Shown here one piece after another: positions 59,291-64,000 of a DNA stretch of 64,000 bases. Source of the stretch: Candidatus Eiseniibacteriota bacterium (lineage in GTDB: Bacteria; Eisenbacteria; RBG-16-71-46; CAIMUX01; VGJL01). The stretch spans positions 1 to 64,000 of the forward strand of contig JBHGAY010000004.1 in the NCBI GenBank assembly GCA_041946735.1. The letters run 5' to 3'. The notes beneath the pieces were generated by a model. That model did no database searches. It was not told where the DNA came from and worked only from the letters and a program-made list of their open reading frames with translations. The position numbers and the translations under genes are program-made. Position 1 is the first letter of the stretch; every line of letters starts with the position of its first letter.

Positions 59291-61400
59291 TCTCGAGGCG
59301 CGTGTAGAGTTGCGCGCGGGAGAGTCCGAGAAGACGGGCCGCCTTCGACTTGTTCCCCTTCGCCTGATGGAGAGCCGCTTCGACGTACCGGCGCTCGACC
59401 GAGTCGAGATCGACACCGGCGGGCGGGATCAGCCCACCCGCGCCGGGCAGTCCCGCAGCGCCGTTGGGCGACGCGACTGCCGGCCTAGCCATCGCCGCCG
59501 GCAGGTGCTCACGGGTGATCAGCCCGCCGTCACAGAGCAGGATCGCTCGCTCGATGGCGTTGCGAAGCTCGCGGACGTTCCCCGGCCAGGTATGGGAGAG
59601 CAGCCAGTCGCGCGCGTCGCGCGAGATCCCCGCTGCGGGGCGTCCCATCGTCCGACCGAGGTCCTCGAGGAACGCCTCCGCCATCGGAAGCACGTCTTCC
59701 GGCCGCTCGCGCAGCGGCGGGATGTGGATCTGAAACACGTTCAATCGATAGTAGAGGTCCTCTCGGAACTCCTGGCGGGCGATGGCGGAGTCGAGGTCCC
59801 GGTTGGTCGCCGCGATGACCCGGACGTCCGCGCGGTAGGTGCGCGATCCTCCGAGCCGCTGGAACTCCCGCTCCTGGAGAACGCGCAGGAACTTCGCCTG
59901 CACTACGGGGCTCATCTCACCGATTTCGTCGAGGAACAGAGTCCCGCCCGCGGCTTGCTCGAGGCGGCCGATCTTCGTTGCGATCGCCCCCGTGAAAGCT
60001 CCCTTCTCGTGTCCGAACAGCTCGGATTCCAGGAGGTGCTCGGGCAGCGCCGCGCAGTTGATCGCGACGAACGGCTTCCCGGCGCGCGGCGAGCCGCGGT
60101 GGATCAGATGGGCGAGCACCTCCTTGCCGGTGCCCGACTCGCCAGTGATCATCACCGTCGTTTCCGACGGGGCTACGCGCCCGACCTGCAGCACCGCGTC
60201 GCGCCACGACCGCGAGATGCCTACGATCCGTCCGCGGCCGCGAGACTCCATTTCGCGGGTGAGCGTCTCGACGGTCGCTGCGAGGCGCTCCGCGCGCTCG
60301 CGCGCCTCCGCCGCGATGCGCGCCTCCTCGGCAAGACGCTGGTGAGAGAACATGAGCGCGATACGGTCGGCGATCCGAATCGCCACCTCCGCATCCTCGC
60401 GCCCGAAGCGGGAAGGTTCCGCGTGGAAGAACCCGAGACTTCCGCGAACCTCGTCCGACATGCGGACGGGCACTCTCAGCCAGGATCGCATTCCCGAGGA
60501 GAGAATCAGGCGCTGGCGCTCGGTCGTCGGCGGCATCTCGACCTGAATGTCCTGCACGATCTCGAAATCGCGCGAGCGGCGCTCCATCTCCTCATCGGTC
60601 AAAGAGACGGGATCTTGGGGAACAGGGCGATCGACGCAACCGGCGAGCGCGATGATGCGAATCGACCGGGCCCGCAGATCCAGCTCCGTCAACACCATGA
60701 TCGAGTGCTCGAGAACCGGCTGAATCCCCTCGGAAAGGCGCTCGAACACCTCTCGGATGTCGAGCGATTCCGCGAGCGTGCCCATCAGCTCCTCGACCCG
60801 GTTGAGCCGTTCCTGCCGGCGGCGGTCGGCGTCCCAGATCCGCCAGTGCTCCACGGCGGAGCCGAGTATCGCGGCGATCGGGCGGAGAAGCCGCTGGTGC
60901 TCCTCCGTGAACGCGCTCGGGGCCGTCGAGCTGAGCCAGACGCCGCCTGCGAAAGGCTCGCCGTAGTGGAACGGCTCCCACAGCGCCGATCGGACTCCGC
61001 CCTGGAGGATTCCCGCGTCGCCGGGGAAGGAAGGGTCGAGCTCGCTCTGCGCATCATCGATGCGCCGGATCGGTCCGGGGCGCGGTCGCATCCGCGGGGA
61101 CCAGTCGGTCAGCGGGAACGGCGCCGAGCACGGCGATTCGGCGCAGCCGAGCGTCGTGGCGTGCGCGACCGCCCACTGTCCTTCGAGGACGCGGATCACA
61201 CCCATGTGCTCGAGCGGAATCAGCTCACGGACGGAGGTGGCCACGTGATGGAAGACGTCCTGGAGCTCGAGGGTCTGAGACGCCGTGACGGCGATGTCGG
61301 TCATGACGCGGGCGAACGCGGGCGGATCGACCAGGCGGTCGAGGAGATCGATAGCGCCGTGACGCTCCACGGTCTTCTGGTTCGGTGTTCGGGGGATCAT
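59274..61400 (-). CDS. sigma54-dependent enhancer-binding protein, two GAF-like domains + AAA + Fis HTH
   Basis: [61 protein letters not shown]. Confidence 0.95.
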   Translation of the reverse strand: MIPRTPNQKTVERHGAIDLLDRLVDPPAFARVMTDIAVTASQTLELQDVFHHVATSVRELIPLEHMGVIRVLEGQWAVAHATTLGCAESPCSAPFPLTDWSPRMRPRPGPIRRIDDAQSELDPSFPGDAGILQGGVRSALWEPFHYGEPFAGGVWLSSTAPSAFTEEHQRLLRPIAAILGSAVEHWRIWDADRRRQERLNRVEELMGTLAESLDIREVFERLSEGIQPVLEHSIMVLTELDLRARSIRIIALAGCVDRPVPQDPVSLTDEEMERRSRDFEIVQDIQVEMPPTTERQRLILSSGMRSWLRVPVRMSDEVRGSLGFFHAEPSRFGREDAEVAIRIADRIALMFSHQRLAEEARIAAEARERAERLAATVETLTREMESRGRGRIVGISRSWRDAVLQVGRVAPSETTVMITGESGTGKEVLAHLIHRGSPRAGKPFVAINCAALPEHLLESELFGHEKGAFTGAIATKIGRLEQAAGGTLFLDEIGEMSPVVQAKFLRVLQEREFQRLGGSRTYRADVRVIAATNRDLDSAIARQEFREDLYYRLNVFQIHIPPLRERPEDVLPMAEAFLEDLGRTMGRPAAGISRDARDWLLSHTWPGNVRELRNAIERAILLCDGGLITREHLPAAMARPAVASPNGAAGLPGAGGLIPPAGVDLDSVERRYVEAALHQAKGNKSKAARLLGLSRAQLYTRLEKHGLT

Positions 61401-61771
61401 GAGGGGAAAGGTAGCAAAGTCGGGTAGCGAGGCGGCCAGAGGGAAGTGGCATGCGCGTTACTTCACAAGCGGCGAGGCCGCTCTGGCGCGCCGCCTGGTG
61501 CGAAAGTGTTTTCGGTCGAGCTCGCCGGCCGGATCCTCAGGGTCCCCGGAGCACACAGCAGAGAATGGGGGCGAGCGAGCACGGCCCCGGGGCGGGGGTC
61601 GCCGTTCCTTCCCGGAGAACGATCCCTCGGGAATCGACTGTGACCCGTGTGATTCCGATCCGGGCGCATCGTCTCCGGTATGGGCAGATCCGCGCCCTGC
61701 GTACCCCGGGACGCGACGACCGGAGGGGTGTCTGTACGCTGCGCCCGGAGCCCGCCCGAAGGGAGGAGACG

Positions 61772-62512
61772 GTGAGAGAGATCTTCTTGGCGCTCATGGC
61801 AGCCGCCTTGCTCGGAGGTGTCGTGCTTCCGACATCCGGGGAAACGATTTACCTGTACGCTGACTTCAATGACCAGCCGCTCGACCAGCCGATCGGAACG
61901 GGCGGACCGGAGCTGGGCCAACCGATCGAGGTGGATCCTTTCATCTCGACTGCCGTGCGAGAGGATCCGATGGGATCTGCGAGCCTCGAGATCCGGGACG
62001 CAGATGACTACAGCGCGGGCTCCGTTTGTTTCGAGCTGCTCGACGGCGCCGAACTTTCCAGCGGCCGCGTCGTGATCGCCGCCGATCTCTGGTTCCAAGC
62101 GCTTGCGGACGGCTACAGCTTCTTCTTCGGTGTCCGGGAGCACGGGGGAAACGCCCAGACCTTCGCATCGCTCAACTTCGTGTATGAAGGATCGATCACG
62201 CTCCGCGACAAGCAGGGCCCAGCCGGAATGATCGGACGCTACGAGATCGGCCGCCGGACCCACCTCGTTCTCGACTATGACCTGGACGCAGGAACGTACA
62301 GCGTGATGGTGGACGGCTCAGTTCTGGTGGCGGACCGGGCACATGGTGTGACCGGCAGGGGGATCGGCCGCCTCCTCATCGGCTGTAACAACGATTCCGA
62401 CCTCGATGGCGTGTTCAACGTGGATCTGATCACCGTGACCGACACCATCCGGGAAGTCGCGGCCGCAACGACGACCTGGGGGAAGGTAAGGGCGAGCTTC
62501 GGCAGGCGCTGA
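61772..62512 (+). CDS. Secreted hypothetical protein with C-terminal TTWGKVRASF motif
   Basis: GGAGGAG RBS + GTG, signal peptide, YADFND.., FNVDLI, C-terminus VAAATTTWGKVRASFGRR. Confidence 0.8.
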   Translation: MREIFLALMAAALLGGVVLPTSGETIYLYADFNDQPLDQPIGTGGPELGQPIEVDPFISTAVREDPMGSASLEIRDADDYSAGSVCFELLDGAELSSGRVVIAADLWFQALADGYSFFFGVREHGGNAQTFASLNFVYEGSITLRDKQGPAGMIGRYEIGRRTHLVLDYDLDAGTYSVMVDGSVLVADRAHGVTGRGIGRLLIGCNNDSDLDGVFNVDLITVTDTIREVAAATTTWGKVRASFGRR

Positions 62513-62803
62513 TCGAGTGCCGTCGGGTCTGAAAGTCGGCGAACGAACATCTCCTCCCCGGAGCCAAACACGCCGCCGCCACGAACATTCGAGGAAGCTG
62601 GCGCGTGCTCGCCGTCATTGCGGCCGGGTTCGGCTGCTTCTCGATCGAAGCAACCGCTGAATTAGCCGTTGAAGTAGCCGTCCCCGGCCGCTATCCTCTC
62701 CCGTTCGTTTCGACGCTTGCCCCCGCCCGGCGCGACGGCGGTTCCACGATCGATCCCTTTTCGTCATCCACGATATCTGGCGGCCGCCATGGAGGTTCGT
62801 GTC

Positions 62804-64000
62804 ATGCGTTCACAACGCCGCCTCGACTGCGCAGGTCGATCCCTACTCCTCGTCGCGCTGACTCTCACGCCGTTTGCCGGCGCGGTCGCTCAGTCCCCGA
62901 GCTTGAGCTGGGACCGCGACCAGTCGCGGAACAACGTCGTGTTCGACAGCGAGGAGGGTCTCTTGCGACAGGACTTCCTGCGGTATCGGGCGGCTCACGA
63001 GCTCGAATCCGAGGAAGGGCAGGCGGACCTTCTGGGCGACAACGAGACGGCCGTCGTCGTGAACCCGGCCGATCCGTCGAACGTCGCCTATGCCTCGCTC
63101 TGGGAGCTGCGCGTCTCGATCGATGGCGGTCAGACCTTCCAGCCGCCGGTCGCCTCGTCCATCCCGCCGACCCATTACGCCGTCGGAGATCCCTCGCTCG
63201 CCTTCGACGCGGACGGCCGCCTCTACTGGACTTACCTCGCAAGCCTCGTCGATGACACGCACACCGACATCTTCCTCGCTCAATGCGATCCGGCGACCGG
63301 CGAGGTCCTCCCCGGCTATCCGGTCAACATCTCCGCGCAGACCGGATTCGAGTCGTGCACCGACAAGGAGTGGCTCGCGGTCGACTCCTGGCCGGGCAGC
63401 CCCTTCGCCAACCGGCTCTACGTCACCTGGACCGACATGGGCTCCGGCTGCTCGTTCGCCAATGACAATCAGAGATTCACCTACTCGACCGATCACGGGC
63501 TCACGTGGGCGACGAAGCAGACGCTCGCCACCGGGAGCTCCTGGCCGGTGAGCATGGCGGTCGCCAGCAACGGTGACGTCTACGTCGCCTATCACGGTTG
63601 GACGCAGATTGCGAACGAGCCCGGGACCGGCTTCGTGAAAATGGTCCGGTCGACGAACGGCGGAGCGAGCTTCGCTCCGGCGACCGATCCATTCCCGCCG
63701 GGCAGCGCCAGCATCACCACGAACATCGACCGCGATCTCCCGCACGTCCGCTTCTGGCTGCAAGGAAGTTTGCAGGCCTGGATCCTTCCCGATCCGCATG
63801 CGCCGTCCCACCTTGCCGTCATCGCCTGCGATGACCCGGAGAACGATTTCTCCTCCGGCGATCCGTCGGACGTCATGATCGCGCGGTCGACGAACAGCGG
63901 GCAGACGTGGACGGTCCCGCAAAGGGTGGAGTCGAGCGCCTCGGGGCTGCTGCAGGTGATGCCTTCGGCTGCCGTCGATCGGACGACGGGCAACATTGCC
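62804..64000 (+). CDS. Secreted BNR/Asp-box (sialidase-like beta-propeller) protein, partial (runs off window)
   Basis: Absent from the ORF track (no stop in window); GGAGG RBS, ATG 62804, signal peptide, NETAVVVNP, SIDGGQTF, GDPSLAFD, DKEWLAVD, STDHGLTW, STNGGASF, STNSGQTW. Confidence 0.82.
   Translation, partial: MRSQRRLDCAGRSLLLVALTLTPFAGAVAQSPSLSWDRDQSRNNVVFDSEEGLLRQDFLRYRAAHELESEEGQADLLGDNETAVVVNPADPSNVAYASLWELRVSIDGGQTFQPPVASSIPPTHYAVGDPSLAFDADGRLYWTYLASLVDDTHTDIFLAQCDPATGEVLPGYPVNISAQTGFESCTDKEWLAVDSWPGSPFANRLYVTWTDMGSGCSFANDNQRFTYSTDHGLTWATKQTLATGSSWPVSMAVASNGDVYVAYHGWTQIANEPGTGFVKMVRSTNGGASFAPATDPFPPGSASITTNIDRDLPHVRFWLQGSLQAWILPDPHAPSHLAVIACDDPENDFSSGDPSDVMIARSTNSGQTWTVPQRVESSASGLLQVMPSAAVDRTTGNIA

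Overview
GC-rich bacterial window with about 50 real CDSs. Most of the ORF track consists of shadow ORFs. I found no rRNA, tRNA, CRISPR array or transposase. Secreted proteins ending in TWGxVKxxFR or in FlgD-Ig-like domains suggest an FCB-related candidate lineage such as Eisenbacteria, Latescibacterota or Krumholzibacteriota (inference). The main feature is a tightly coupled ~13 kb minus-strand respiratory operon at 32886-45810. Its gene order is: Rrf2 regulator, cytoplasmic FAD/Fe-S NAD(P) oxidoreductase, Rieske protein, fused cytochrome b/subunit IV, hexaheme cytochrome c, Tat-exported type II DMSO-reductase-family molybdoenzyme (periplasmic nitrate reductase-like alpha/beta/gamma), chaperone, moaA. 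mobA lies just upstream. Other notable loci: (1) an intact archaeal-type gatE-gatD pair and a DRG-type GTPase; (2) three secreted proteins sharing a C-terminal TWG motif; (3) a cimA-acyltransferase-adenylation enzyme-ACP operon; (4) a sigma54 activator upstream of an NHLP-leader-like small protein, TolC, MFP and RND genes; (5) a sugar ABC transporter with a GH38 mannosidase; (6) PNGase F-like and Asp-box proteins; (7) many short-period repeats. All assignments come from motif recognition by eye and no database searches were run. Start codons were chosen from RBS and stop/start overlaps.
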